Positions 1-12,300 of a stretch of 64,000 bases of DNA are shown piece by piece. Numbering within the stretch: position 1 is the first letter of the stretch; each line of letters opens with the position of its first letter. Below the pieces are notes generated by a model. The model searched no databases. It saw only the letters and a list, made by a program, of their open reading frames with translations, and was not told where the DNA came from. A program made the translations under genes and the position numbers. Origin of the DNA: Calcarisporiella thermophila CBS 279.70 (Eukaryota > Fungi > Calcarisporiellomycota); contig NW_027192193.1 of NCBI RefSeq assembly GCF_041956535.1, positions 1,045,192 to 1,109,191 on the forward strand. Direction: 5' to 3'.

Positions 1-498
1 ACTTGATTGGAAGGGTTATCCACTCATTCCATCTTTACATGATACGATTAGAAGATGAAGAATAAGAAGGGGAAAAAAGCTAGCCAGAAAAGTCGACTTA
101 CATCCAGTGATTTTTGAAACTCTTGTATGAAGTTCGTTCCGCTACTGTAAGAGGTTTATTGTCGCCATAGAGCTGGACCGTGACATAGAGATCGGAATAG
201 TTACTAAAAAATTATGGAAATTCTAGCCGAGATGTTCACACCCAGTAACTAGCAATCTATGTATTTAAACCTCTGCTGCAGCCCAGTAAATTTCAGTTCG
301 GGGTTGTCTAGCAGGACAGATAGCGGTTTCTTTTCGCGCACGCCTTCAAGCGAGGAACTGGATATCAAAATCAGAGGACATCCCCCTCAAAAAGCAAGAA
401 TTTGCCATCGACACTTACATTCGAAGACTTACAAAAAGATCGAGATCTTTCGTCATACAATAGGAGAAGTCTTTGAATTGAGCATCCCCGTAATCCAT
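1..498 (-). CDS. VPS34: Class III PI3-kinase Vps34, 5' exons (C2 domain); gene continues off the left edge
   Basis: Spliced minus-strand translation MDYGDAQFKDFSYCMTKDLDLF / SSLEGVREKKPLSVLLDNPELKFTGLQQ / SDLYVTVQLYGDNKPLTVAERTSYKSFKNH / WNEWITLPIK matches the Vps34 N-terminal C2 region; GT-AG introns. Confidence 0.88.
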
Positions 499-919
499 CT
501 TGCTAAATGCCACTTCAATCCACGTCAATGCTGAGTTTGCCGCCTTCACGCTTAATATTCGTGACTTGATGTCAGCTTTGACAGTCACAAGGGGGCACTA
601 GGCGGGAATTGTAGGCCAGATTAGATTTTTGAGGATGATGTTTCGTAGATTCGATAGAATCGATAGCTAGATTTCAGCCTAGTTCTCATAGAGAATTTGG
701 ATTGCACCCTCGATCTAATCCTTTATCATACTCACGCCAAGAGTTGCTGCTGTTGGAGCGCGCGTGTATTGAATGATGTTTCAGGTTAGGCTTTAAGCTA
801 CTAATCCTAATCCAGCGATTGAATGTTGAGGGCGAAGGGGTCCTCGAAAGTGGAGAGAAACATATTTAATATACTCTCGGATGAATAAGGGGAAACGAGC
901 CGGATTACCGCCGCTGACA

Positions 920-1264
920 CTTATCGCTCGCTCTTGCACAAGCGCAAACCACAAGAGAGTGGTCGTGAGAAAAGCTAGGTTACCAGTGGCCCCGCGCCTC
1001 CGGTAGGCGATTTGTGTCGATTTGTGAGGAAAGGCCGTCTTGTATGGTTGCAGCCCGCCATTGGTGCGAATATGGAAATTCAGCCTCGGCTGCCCAGAGC
1101 AAGCCGTCAATACGCAGTGCACGGCCGAGACAGCTGCAGCGGCAAGGGGAGCCCCTCGAACACCCTTTGTTTTCAGCACTAGCAGGACGGAGGCAAGCTT
1201 GAGGGTCTCGCGCCAGACCAGCCTTGGCTACATGGGCTGATGCGGACGGGGACGCTAGCTTTTT
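920..1264 (+). ncRNA. Putative unassigned structured RNA (multi-branched fold ending at a T-run)
   Basis: Nested complementary segments including G-U pairs on the + strand; closing AGCTAG/CTAGCT helix followed by TTTTT; no family motif recognised. Confidence 0.3.
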
Positions 1265-1639
1265 GTTTAGGGTTCTCAGATCTTGCTCCAACCAATGGGG
1301 GGCGGGCTGAGCAGTCTTCCGATAATTCGGACTGTCAACTGTCTTTTTGGGAAACATATTTAATAATCCTTAAGTGAAATGAAACAGTGCTGCGACTTTG
1401 TTGGTTACAGAAGAGCACCCCTTTCCTGCTTTCTTGGCTGACTTCAGAGCGGGCAATATATACTTGCCACGAAGCGTGTCGGCTTTCTCTTAAGAATTCC
1501 CTTCGCCCTTGCCATTTGTTTTGTTCATTCAAGCATCTCCCGCCTTTTTGCATTCTTCCTGCTCCTCCCTGTTTACCCCTTGTCACTTTCCCTCTAGCTT
1601 CCCCCTCGCACTCTATCCCGCCCCGCCCCCCCCCCCTCC

Positions 1640-1693
1640 CCCATCTCGCCCAACCCATCTCGCCCAACCCATCTCGCCCAACCCATCTCGCCC
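1640..1693 (+). repeat. Tandem repeat (CCCATCTCGCCCAA) x ~3.9 just upstream of the NoxR ATG
   Basis: Three perfect 14-nt units plus a 12-nt partial unit, preceded by a poly-C tract. Confidence 0.95.
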
Positions 1694-1699
1694 GTTTAA

Positions 1700-3699
1700 A
1701 TGTCGCTCAAGGTAAGTCCAGTAACAATGGACATTGTCGCTCGGACCTATGTGCTTATCAACCTATGCTGCCTTTAATATAGTACGAGATAGAAACATGG
1801 CACGAAGCTGTGGTGGCCTTTGAGAACAAAGACTATGAAAAGTCGATCGAGATATTTAGTGTAAGGACGGATAGATATCCTATTGTTTGCAACCTTCTCT
1901 CAATCCCAGCCCTTCCTCTAGAGTATTGCAGGCCATAGCAAGATATTTTTCAACATAGGATTGATTCTCTCCAACATGAACCAACTGGAGGAAGCGGTAA
2001 ATCAAATACGGACGCTAAGCAAATTGCGTCGATGTATTCTTACAAGTCTATTGTCTTGTTTTCCCTCGTGCTTAGGTATTGTGGTTCAACAATGCAGTCG
2101 AGCTTGATCAGTACCATGCCATTGCGCAATTCCAGCTCGGTATCACCTATTACCTATTGGGTAACATGATTGAGGCAGAGCGCTTCTTCGACATTGCGCT
2201 CCATGTGATGCGCGGAAACACTTGCATCGATTACACTCAGCTGGGGCTTAATCACAAATTGTACACATGTGAAGTGATCTTCAATCGGGGCCTCACCAGG
2301 CTGAACAGAGGCGACTTCGCAGGGGGAATGGATGATCTGCGCTATGCGCAGCTAAATAAGGAGACGGAAGAGCATGAAATCATCGACAGAGCGCTCGAGA
2401 ATGAAGGACTCGTAAGTCTTTTCTATTGGGCCATCTCTGAATTTACTAAAACTCTCTTTTTTAATGTTGCATAGGGATTTACAGTAATATCCATTCCACC
2501 CGGAAAGTTGTACCGTCCCCCCGAGTATAAGGTCAAAAACACTAAAAGGGTGGATTATCTGGGCAATGCTCAGGTCATTGCAAACATCGACGAAGGAGAC
2601 ACCACCACTGGATTCCAACCACAGAAGCCCAGCGAGCTTAATAGCAACAATATAACTATTGAGGATGGGCCATTCGGCAAATCCGCGATCCTCCCGCCTA
2701 GTGATCAGGATGCAGTATCCGCATTCGCCGAAGAAAAGTGCAGCCCAAATGCTCTATTGCTCTCGCGGGCTAACACGGTGCACACCCTACCCTCTCTCGC
2801 TAAAAAACCCATGGTTGAAACCTCTGAGCTGAAGCGCCTCAAGACAGTGGCGGGTGTGACCACCGTCAGGCAGGATACGTTTGGGATGAGCCGTCCTCCG
2901 CCGCCACGGGATCATGGCTCCTTGAAGGACGCCTTTAGCTCGCTCTCGCTCAACGATTCCCTTCCACAACGCACCACCTCTATGGGCAAGAATCACAACC
3001 TGATCCGCCAAAATACCCTTCCACCCTCCTTCTCCTCCCGTGCTCTACTCTATCGCCAGAACACTATGCCCAACATGAAGAAATCGCCTCTCAAAGACTT
3101 GTATTCTACTAGCCGAAACGGCGCAGATCACGATGGGAGTGTACAGGACCTATACACACAACCCAAGTCGTTGGGTATGGATGACTATACCAATAACTAC
3201 AACCAAGTCGAACATGAGAGTTTCTCCGAACCTAACGATGACTATTTCCCGTACATACCCCCTCAACCGCCGCAAATTGGTTTGCAAAGAAGACCACCGC
3301 TCGGTTTGGAACGAGAAGTCTCCCTTCGCTCTTTGCGTTCGATAAATATCGAAGGAAAGGTAGGCGACAATTTTTATTCTCCTTATGATCACTCTGGTTA
3401 CAATGAATTTCTCTTTTTTTTTTTGCATGTATCTATTTTAGACCAGAGTGAAATGCTATCTCCAGTCTGAGCCAGACACAGCGCGTGCTTTCCTACTGGA
3501 TGATGAGGCAACCTTTGCTGACCTCGTTACACTAATTCAAAAGAAGTTTAATACTACTTCCACGCCTTTGATAAAATATCGCGATGATGAGGGCGAATTG
3601 GTGTTAATAGTGGATGACTCTGATTTACTGCTGGCGAGGAATGTCGCAGTGGAAATGTATGGCGGCGTCAAGCTGGAGCTGTTTATCTCAATTGACTGA
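1700..3699 (+). CDS. noxR: NADPH oxidase regulator NoxR (p67phox-like; TPR + PB1)
   Basis: MSLK|YEIETWHEAV start; TPR region with MRGNTCIDYTQLGLNHKLYTCEVIFNRGL; YRPPEYKVKNTKRVDYLGNAQVI; C-terminal PB1 IKYRDDEGELVLIVDDSDL; several introns. Confidence 0.92.
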
Positions 3700-4284
3700 A
3701 AGTGACGGAAGGATTTAGATAGAACCTGCATCAAATACATTGATTTCCCTTCTCTCTCACCCCCTCCTTATTTACCTGGACTAACCTTCCTATATTCGTT
3801 ATTGCAAGTGCTGGACGCTTGCCTTCGAGAGGAGATTTGCTCCACTCAAATAATTTCGCACATTGTATATGACCTTTTTATCCTCTAATATATTTATTAG
3901 CGCCAAAACAAATCCCTCCCGCCCCTAATTAAGCCGGCGGAAGGTTTAGCTGAAAGCGACTCTCGAATGATAAGAGATCGAGGAACACGGGGAACCCTTT
4001 GAAAATTGAATTATCACCGTTTTCAAAGTATAATGGTCAACAGGTTGAATGCATCTTGGTATTCAAATGTTAAAGGGAGAGCAGAATAAAAAAAAACGAT
4101 ACAGGAAAAATTAGTAGGTTTAATATTGAAAAGACATTGTACATGGAAAGAGGTATTAGAACTATATCGAAATCAAGGCGAGGTATTAGATTTATAGCCG
4201 CCCCTTCATCACCCTTGCTCTCGATGACTAAAGTAGGGCTATATCTATGGCCCTCGAAGTCGCAATATAATACAATCCGACTGT

Positions 4285-5129
4285 TTAGCCTTGTCCCTCA
4301 AGCTCGGATTGAACAAACTGTGGTGGCCCTCCAAACAACTCCTCCTCTACTTCATCTATTTTACGCTCAATTATTTTGGATCCAAGCGGAACCCGATTGC
4401 GCCGTAAGGGCTCATTTTCGTCTGGCACAGGCGGAGGGGCCATTGGCAATAGGAGAGGTCCGCCAGGGGATTTCTGCTTGGGGGCCAGAGGCTGCCGCTT
4501 GACCGGCTCATTCTCATCACGGAAGATAGTCATTTTCCCATTTCCAACAGGGGCATTCTCATCGCGGAATATGGAGACATTCTCATCCCGAAATACTTGC
4601 AGTTTCTCGGCCGGTTTCCGTGAGGCACTCATGAAATTGGGTTGTTCGAACTGGTCAGCCTCCTCGTCTTCATCTTCATCTTCCGATGAGAACTGTTCGT
4701 GCTTGAGAGGCTGGTTAAAAATCTCCATGATATCCGCAAGGGCCGCCTTGGTGTTGATGGTAGGCGAGGAAATTCCACGGCTTAATTTACTCGATGCTAG
4801 CAGAAGTATGAAGAGATGAGCTTCAAAGAAGGGATGCTGAATCGCTGATTAGAACAATTACATTTCACCGGTGTGCTAGGTAATCCATTGATGGTCATAT
4901 CAAGCTCATCCTCCAATTTTATGTTGTTTTTCCTGGGCTCGTTGATTTCTTCGCGCAGAAGCGCAGCAGGTGGCTCCTCCTTGTAGCGGTATTGAGCAAG
5001 ACTAGCACGGAGCTCTTCGAGGCTATATTCAATGTCGTTAACATACACAAGTCGGGCATCGACTATCCAACGTTCGGGTCGGGCATGGGGCTGCTGGGTA
5101 GTTGGGACGGTGAAGGTTGCTTGGCTCAT
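4285..5129 (-). CDS. Truncated Bub1/Mad3-family protein (~259 aa; GLEBS + CD1 + ABBA-like motifs; no TPR, no kinase)
   Basis: Exons 5129-4862 and 4796-4285, intron 4861-4797 (GT-AG). EYSLEELRA is the Bub3-binding motif; SPTINTKAALADIMEIFNQPL is Bub1 CD1; FRDEN occurs three times. An alternative in-frame ATG lies at 5174. Confidence 0.75.
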
Positions 5130-5201
5130 GACTACGACGGAGCTGGAGTTGGATTTGAATGGACGTGAGCCCATAATATAACTCAATTTTGAAGCCACAG
5201 T

Positions 5202-5225
5202 ACGCGTGACGTATAATTAACGCGT
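5202..5225. promoter_or_regulatory. Two MCB (ACGCGT) cell-cycle boxes upstream of the mini-Bub1 gene
   Basis: ACGCGT at 5202-5207 and 5220-5225. Confidence 0.55.
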
Positions 5226-5430
5226 TTCTATTTTGTGAATATGGTGACTTTGCAAACATAACCCTATAATTTACTATTAGAGAGAGGGAAAGAGGGAGAG
5301 GGAAAGAATAAAGAGACGAAAAGAACAGAAAAGAAAAACTAAGGAAAGAGAACCCAAGTACAAAAAAAAAGTTAGATCAAAAGATATCACTGCTATTAAG
5401 CTTGCGCTGTAGATGATTGATTTGTATAAA

Positions 5431-6229
5431 CTATTCATCCTCATCATCAGGATCAGGTCCGAAGCGAGAGAAGTCGATCTTTTTACCACGCGTGCGCCTA
5501 GATCCCGTAATAATATTAGAGGTGTCGAGACCTTCAAGTTCGTTATCTTTATAGTTGGTGTAAAAAAAAAAATAAACAAGTGAGCAAGGATGAAGTGACA
5601 ACAATCGGTTCACGTACCAATATCGTCCTCGCTCTCCGATGGTTCATCCTCGCTTTCGTTCTTCTTTTTCTTCTTCTTCTATTAGAGGCGCATGATGTAT
5701 TCATCAGTCTCTCTGCTACAAAAAAATACACGGAGCCACACCAGGAGCATACCTCGGGCTGTTTTCCCTTTGCCTTGACATCCTTTTTCTTGGGGCGTCT
5801 CTCCTCTTCCTCCTCCTCCTCTTCCTCCGAAACGTCCTCGTCCTCTTGTTCCCCCTCTTCCTCTTCTGTGTTATCCATAACCAATTTTCAGTTTCAACTA
5901 TATCCACTAAGAAGGGCCCAAACAAATTGCCCAAACAAGCACTTACCAACTTCATCGTCTCCTACAATGAATCCATCATCTTCATACTCATCCAATCTAC
6001 CACTCCCACGGCGGCGTGGAGGGGATTCGGGCTCCCGCTTTGCAGGCACCTTTTCAACCGGCTTCGTCTTCTTCACTTCAGCTCTAATTTCGCAGGAATT
6101 TAGGTTATTCTGAAAAAACACTCGAGCAAGCAAAAATCTCTACTTTTTTGGCTGGGGTTTCTCTTGATCTTCGAGCTGCACCTTCCGTTTTGCCGCGAGC
6201 TCCGCTAGCTTTCTCTTCCGATCCGACAT
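5431..6229 (-). CDS. Acidic histone chaperone with C-terminal CHZ domain (Chz1/HIRIP3-like)
   Basis: MSDRKRKLAELAAKRK start, YEDDGFIVGDDE, E/D-rich tracts, final exon ELEGLDTSNIITGSRRTRGKKIDFS (CHZ motif). Confidence 0.75.
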
Positions 6230-6671
6230 GTTTATTAGTGTTTTACGTGTTTCCTGGATGCAAGCAACACGGACTTGAAGGATCTTGGAGAGCAAAAATT
6301 TTCTACCAAATCATGGTAATAAACTGCGCCGCCGATTGACGGGGAATGATGCTACAATTTCGAATCTTCGGCAAGTCAAATTCAAGCCTGTGATAGCCGC
6401 ACTTTGAGCCAGCTTTCATATACATATTTTTCTCTCGTGCACGAGCAAACTACCGCAGGGAAGCTCTACCTGAATCAGGTAAGAGTTTGAATGTATGAAT
6501 GTTTACAACATTGATGGTCCAAAAATCGAATGGAAGAGAAAGAATTCAAGTTTGAGTTGAGATTATGCTTCGAAGCAGTGCATTTCACTCATTGTAAAAA
6601 ATAAAAATAAAACTCCAACAAGTATGTGGACAAACTTAGAGAGTTTATTGTTGAAATGGGAAGAAGATCGT

Positions 6672-7321
<650 letters not shown>

Positions 7322-7996
7322 TATGGATGGATGGCTATCCTAGACCGTGATTTGGTTAAAGATTAGGGAGGAGGAACAAAATCTCAATGCGGATGCTGGA
7401 GATATAGGAAATCGATGTGACTGCTGACCCCCCCCCCAATATTCTCGAGAGGGAAATTAACTTGCATTCTGAAATGCAGACTTCACAATGCCCATAGTGC
7501 AAGGAAATAAATCTTCCACAGATAGCACCCGATCCCTACCATCGGGACAGATCATGCGTAAAATATGGGTTGAGCTTGCTTGATTTTGAATAGGGGTTGA
7601 ATCTACAATTATCCTACCTTGTAGCAGGTAGGGTGCCTTTCTCACCTACTGAATCTTTGGGACATCCTTTTTGGTTTATAGTTTATGGTTTAAATGGGAG
7701 TCGTAGGCTGTTTATACTGCAGAATCTATCCATGATGCAGATGATGCGTCCATAGAATGACATCCGATGTTTGTGGCTGTATATTGATAGTTACCGAACC
7801 AAACGGGCATAGCACATGGGAATGGGTAAGAGTACAATGAACCGGTAGGGAAAAAAGAAATATAAAAAAACACATGGAAGAGAGGAAAAGAAAAATCATA
7901 ATGCATATAATTATCCAAAAAAAAAGCATAGTAAAATGGATATTCACAATGCCACGTTCGTGGAGGACGGTGAGCGGAAAATAGACTGGGGTTCGA

Positions 7997-8860
7997 TCAT
8001 AGTCGCTCCTCCAGCTTTTCCATTTCTCTTCTCAATTCTTCCACCTTGGCGGCTATATCTTTAATCTCCCTTAACACCGTCTTCCATATTTCGTCTCCCG
8101 TCGAAACTTCCTCCCTCCTGCTCGGTCTGTCCTGCGCCCCTTGGTTAAACGGATCAATGGGCGACTCATCCTCGTCTGGAGAACGTTTGGGTTGGTGGGG
8201 TTCCTGCGGGGAGGGCGTAGAATAGGCAGGGTGTATCGGCTTAGCCTCAGGCTCGTTCATATGGGCCGCCGTTGAAGAACTTCGGCTGGATTCCGGTTTT
8301 CGCCTGCGCTCCCTACCTCTTGCCCAGAACACGGGATGGGGGAGGGGCGGTGGCAGCGGAGGCTCGCCTCGGATCCAGTGGGGATAGGGTGGTAATGGGA
8401 AAGATCTCCAAACGTATCGAGACGGAGCCATCCTCATTGCCACTGGCATCGCCGGCGGTGGCCTTTGGCTCTCTTGGTACCCGGTCCTCTCGCGTACTTT
8501 ATGGGGCGGGCCTCTCCTCGTGGAAAACCTCCACCGTAGCCACCCAATCTCCTCCTCCTGCTCCCTCATCACCGCCCTCAACCACCTGACCTCTTTCCAG
8601 AGACGCCGCTCCATCCTCTCCCTGGCTTCAAGGGCAGAATGAAGCGCGCTAAGCTCGGCTTGGACTCGGGCACTGGCGCGTTCCAGCCTGGCTATTTCGT
8701 CTCCATGCTTGGTTCTCCTGGATGGAGGCTGGACTTTGGATCCGGATGGCACAGGTGGGGGCGAATGAGGATGCGGCGAGAGGGGGATATCCATCAAGTC
8801 CTCCGGGCCGTAGTTCGTGGTGGTGTCGTCGTAATGGAGCAATGAGCGGTCCACGCTCAT
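7997..8860 (-). CDS. Hypothetical intronless coiled-coil/proline-rich protein
   Basis: ~287-aa ORF from MSVDRS with two predicted coiled coils; no family recognised. Confidence 0.55.
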   Translation of the reverse strand: MSVDRSLLHYDDTTTNYGPEDLMDIPLSPHPHSPPPVPSGSKVQPPSRRTKHGDEIARLERASARVQAELSALHSALEARERMERRLWKEVRWLRAVMREQEEEIGWLRWRFSTRRGPPHKVRERTGYQESQRPPPAMPVAMRMAPSRYVWRSFPLPPYPHWIRGEPPLPPPLPHPVFWARGRERRRKPESSRSSSTAAHMNEPEAKPIHPAYSTPSPQEPHQPKRSPDEDESPIDPFNQGAQDRPSRREEVSTGDEIWKTVLREIKDIAAKVEELRREMEKLEERL

Positions 8861-9337
8861 CGTCGGCTGATACGTCTTCGCGTGCACTAACAGGGGGAGA
8901 TTAGGGGGTGAGCAGAGGAGAGAAACGCGTCATTAGCGCGAGACTCAGACAAGATCGATTCGCGATTGGATGACAAGACCGATGGATATCAACTTAGAAC
9001 ACCGGAAGAAAAATTCCAAGCAGTATGGGCTTTCCGGCCCGCTTTATTTTATTTTCAGCCATTGTGCGAGGGTCAGTGCATTTGCGACACCATCGCCCCG
9101 AATTTAGGGTTGCAGGGGAAACCATCTTCTCGTCATTAGACTTTATTTCCTGTGCAATGTGGAATCCGGAAATAACACTTAAATAGTGTATGGAAATGTC
9201 TATATAGAGAGTGTATAATGGATGGGTGCTCTATGAAATAAAAGAAAAGTGGGGAGGCAGTGCATGAACAGGTGTACAATACTCAGTATACAAAGACGGT
9301 GAAGGGTGATATACTCGGCGAGCGCCACGGATATCCT

Positions 9338-12300
9338 CTACCATGCGACCTTGGCAACCACGCTGCCGGGGAAGAGCCGAACGACAAGCTTTCGCATTTC
9401 GTCCATAACCACAATCCCTAGAGCCAGCGCGGCGGGGATCAGCCAGTGTTCCCACGGAACTGGCCGCGTGTTGAACACCTGGTTGAAGATGGGGAGAAGG
9501 GTCAGGAGCAGGGCGATACAGAGCGAACCAAGCATGGCCCCGAAAAGATACAGATTGCGCGTGGGGGCCACAAAGGGGGGGGCTTGGAGGAGGGAGAGAC
9601 GGCGTGTGCGAACCGCCAGGAGATTTCCGAACTGGAGGATAACCAGCGTTACGAAGCTATCAGGGTGGCAGAAGAAAGTCAGCTTAGCCGTTCAAGTCTT
9701 TGACTCTCCATGGAAATCCATCGGCTTCTACTCACTATACAGACTGACCCGTGTAGACTAGTTCGTTGAGTTCCTCCCGCGTCTTGCCCATGAACCCTTC
9801 GTCGAACTTGTCAAAGGCCAGGACCAAATCCAGGAATCCGATCCCTCCCGCTCGCTTCATGTACCAAAAGTACATACTCATGGAGGTGATCATTTCCATC
9901 AGCCCATTCCACCCATACGCGTGTAGCAACAGGCGAGAGTTCACAAGGCGGTCACGCTTCGGGCTGCGTGGAAGACGACGGAGAAGGTCTGATTCGGGAT
10001 TTTCCTTCATCAAGGCAACAGAGGGCAACATGTCGGTGAGAACACAAATACAAATCATCTCTAGGTAAAAGAAGGCAAGGTAAATTTCCGTGAGTTCCGT
10101 GAGCAACAACAATAACAACAACGGCAACCACAAAAGAGCTCCCTATGGTCGACCACCACTTACGGAAGGTGGAGAGCGGAAGTGGGACTCCAAGGAATAC
10201 ATTGACCAGGACAGGCCAGAGCTCGGACCACGATCCAGCCGGCAATAAATACATGATGACTAGAGAGAAACCCAGTGTCAGACCAGTCTCCTTCGCCCAA
10301 GATTTCCCCACCTTCACTCACCTTTCTTTAAATTATCATACACCAATCGCCCACACTCGATGGCATACACAATACTTTCGAACCGATCCAGCAGCACCAT
10401 GTCGGCCGCCTCCATGGCCACGTCCGAGCCACTCCCCACCGCAATGCCTACGTCGGCCGCCTTCAAACTTGGGGAGTCATTGACGCCATCGCCCGTCATT
10501 CCAACGACGTTATCCCGGCGCTGGAACTCGCGCACAATCCGGAGCTTCTGCTCGGGCGTGGTGCGAGCGAACACAACCTCGGTGTACTGAACGACCTGGG
10601 CCCACTGGTTATCGTTCAGGGTGACAAGGTCTTGTCCCGTGAGAATGAGCGAGGTGGTGGGCGCATTGGGATCATGGGGGTTGTACGCTTGGACGCGGGA
10701 GGGGTCCAGGTTGGGGTCGAGCTGCTCGATGGTGTGGGTCTTGGACGCGCAATTGGTAAGGATCCCGATTTGGCGAGCGATCGCGGCGGCGGTCCCCGCA
10801 AAGTCCCCCGTCACCATGTGGAAGCGAATGCCCGCCCCGCGGCAGATCTGGACTACCTCGGGAATCTCCTCTCGAGGGGGATCCACAATGCCCACCATGC
10901 CGAGCACGGTTAGACTCGTGTTCATCTCCAACACCTTCTCCGCGAGGGTTCCGTGGCCCACTTCGGGTTTGTTGGGCGACAGCTCGAGGTCAGAGAGGTG
11001 GCGTCTCGCGAGGAGGATCACACGCTGACCATTGTCGCTCCACCGGTTCTGGATGGCCGAGAGTTGGGCCTGAATCTCGGGGGTGAGGGCGATGTCTTCG
11101 CCCGTGGAGGGGTCCAAGATGGAGGAGCAGCGAGGCAGGAGCACGTCGGGCGCCCCTTTCACCAACAACACCGCCTTGCCCATGTCACCCTTCTCAGAGG
11201 GAGCCTCGCCATGGGCGGCGTCGACCTTCTCGTATCTTCCCCGAAACAGCCTCAGCATCCACTTGTTTTTCGAGTTGAATGGAACCTCCCACAACATCTC
11301 GAAGGCGTCTCGTATCTCGCTGACCGGGCGGAGACCCTCTGCAAAGCGAAGAATCGCACTGTCCGTCGCATCCCCGTGCACCTTGCGCTGATCGACGGGA
11401 TAGTCAAGGGTGGCGGCGTCGAAGGAGGAGGCGTTGCAGAGCGCAGCACAGAGCTGCAGCTGGTGCATACTTGTACGAAGGGTTTCGTTGGAAGCGCTCA
11501 CGAGGGCGTCGTAGCACTGCTGCGGGGTAAACTCTTTGTCCAGAAGGGCCGCGGTGGTGACGAACATTTTATTTTGGGTCAGGGTCCCCGTCTTGTCCGA
11601 GCAAAGGACGTTCACGCTCCCCAGGGTTTCCACGGTGGTCAGCACCTTGCAGAGCACGCGGTTCTTTTGCATGCTTCGGGCGATGAGGGTCAGGCAGAGG
11701 GTCACCGCCACGGGGAGCCCGACGGGAACGTAGCCGACGATGATCCCAATCACATTCACGAGAATCCCCGAGAGTGATAGGAAGGAGGGATACGAGGTAT
11801 GGAGCCAGGCCGCCCATACCACGATGCAAAGGATCCCTACAAAGAGTGGATTCCACCCATTAAAACAGTATGCTGAAGCATCGACGCAACAAGTGGTCTT
11901 TACCGGTGGACAACGAAAGGCTGGCAATGATGACGACGAATCGCGTGATCTCCACCTGCAAGGTCGTCGAGCGATTCGAGTTGGCCGAGCTCAAGCTTGC
12001 AATCCGCCCCATAATGGTTTTCTCGCCGGTTGAAATCACCACCCCAATGGCGCTCCCGTTGGTGACGTGGGTGCCCATGAGGGCAATGTTTTTTGTCTCG
12101 AGGAAGTTTTGGTCGGTAGCGTCGGTGGTGCCCGCAATAGCCTCCGACTCGCCCGTGAGGATGGAGCGGTCGAACTTGAGGTCGCTCGAGACTTGGACCA
12201 GCCGAATATCCGCCGGCACCTAAAATAGCGCGTCCCGTCCCGCCACGTTGGAGTGGATGAGATGGGAATGCCGAAGGGTGGGAATGGCTCTTGCTTACCT

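Noticed and set aside
785-850. CTAATCCTAATC as a telomerase template, and a GAGGGC/GTCCTC-GAAA hairpin as a hammerhead ribozyme
   Set aside because: The telomere repeat of this organism is unknown and no pseudoknot or P6.1 was identified; the hammerhead CUGANGA core is absent.
1640-1693. Repeat array as CRISPR-like
   Set aside because: Head-to-tail repeats without spacers in a eukaryotic genome, with no cas genes.
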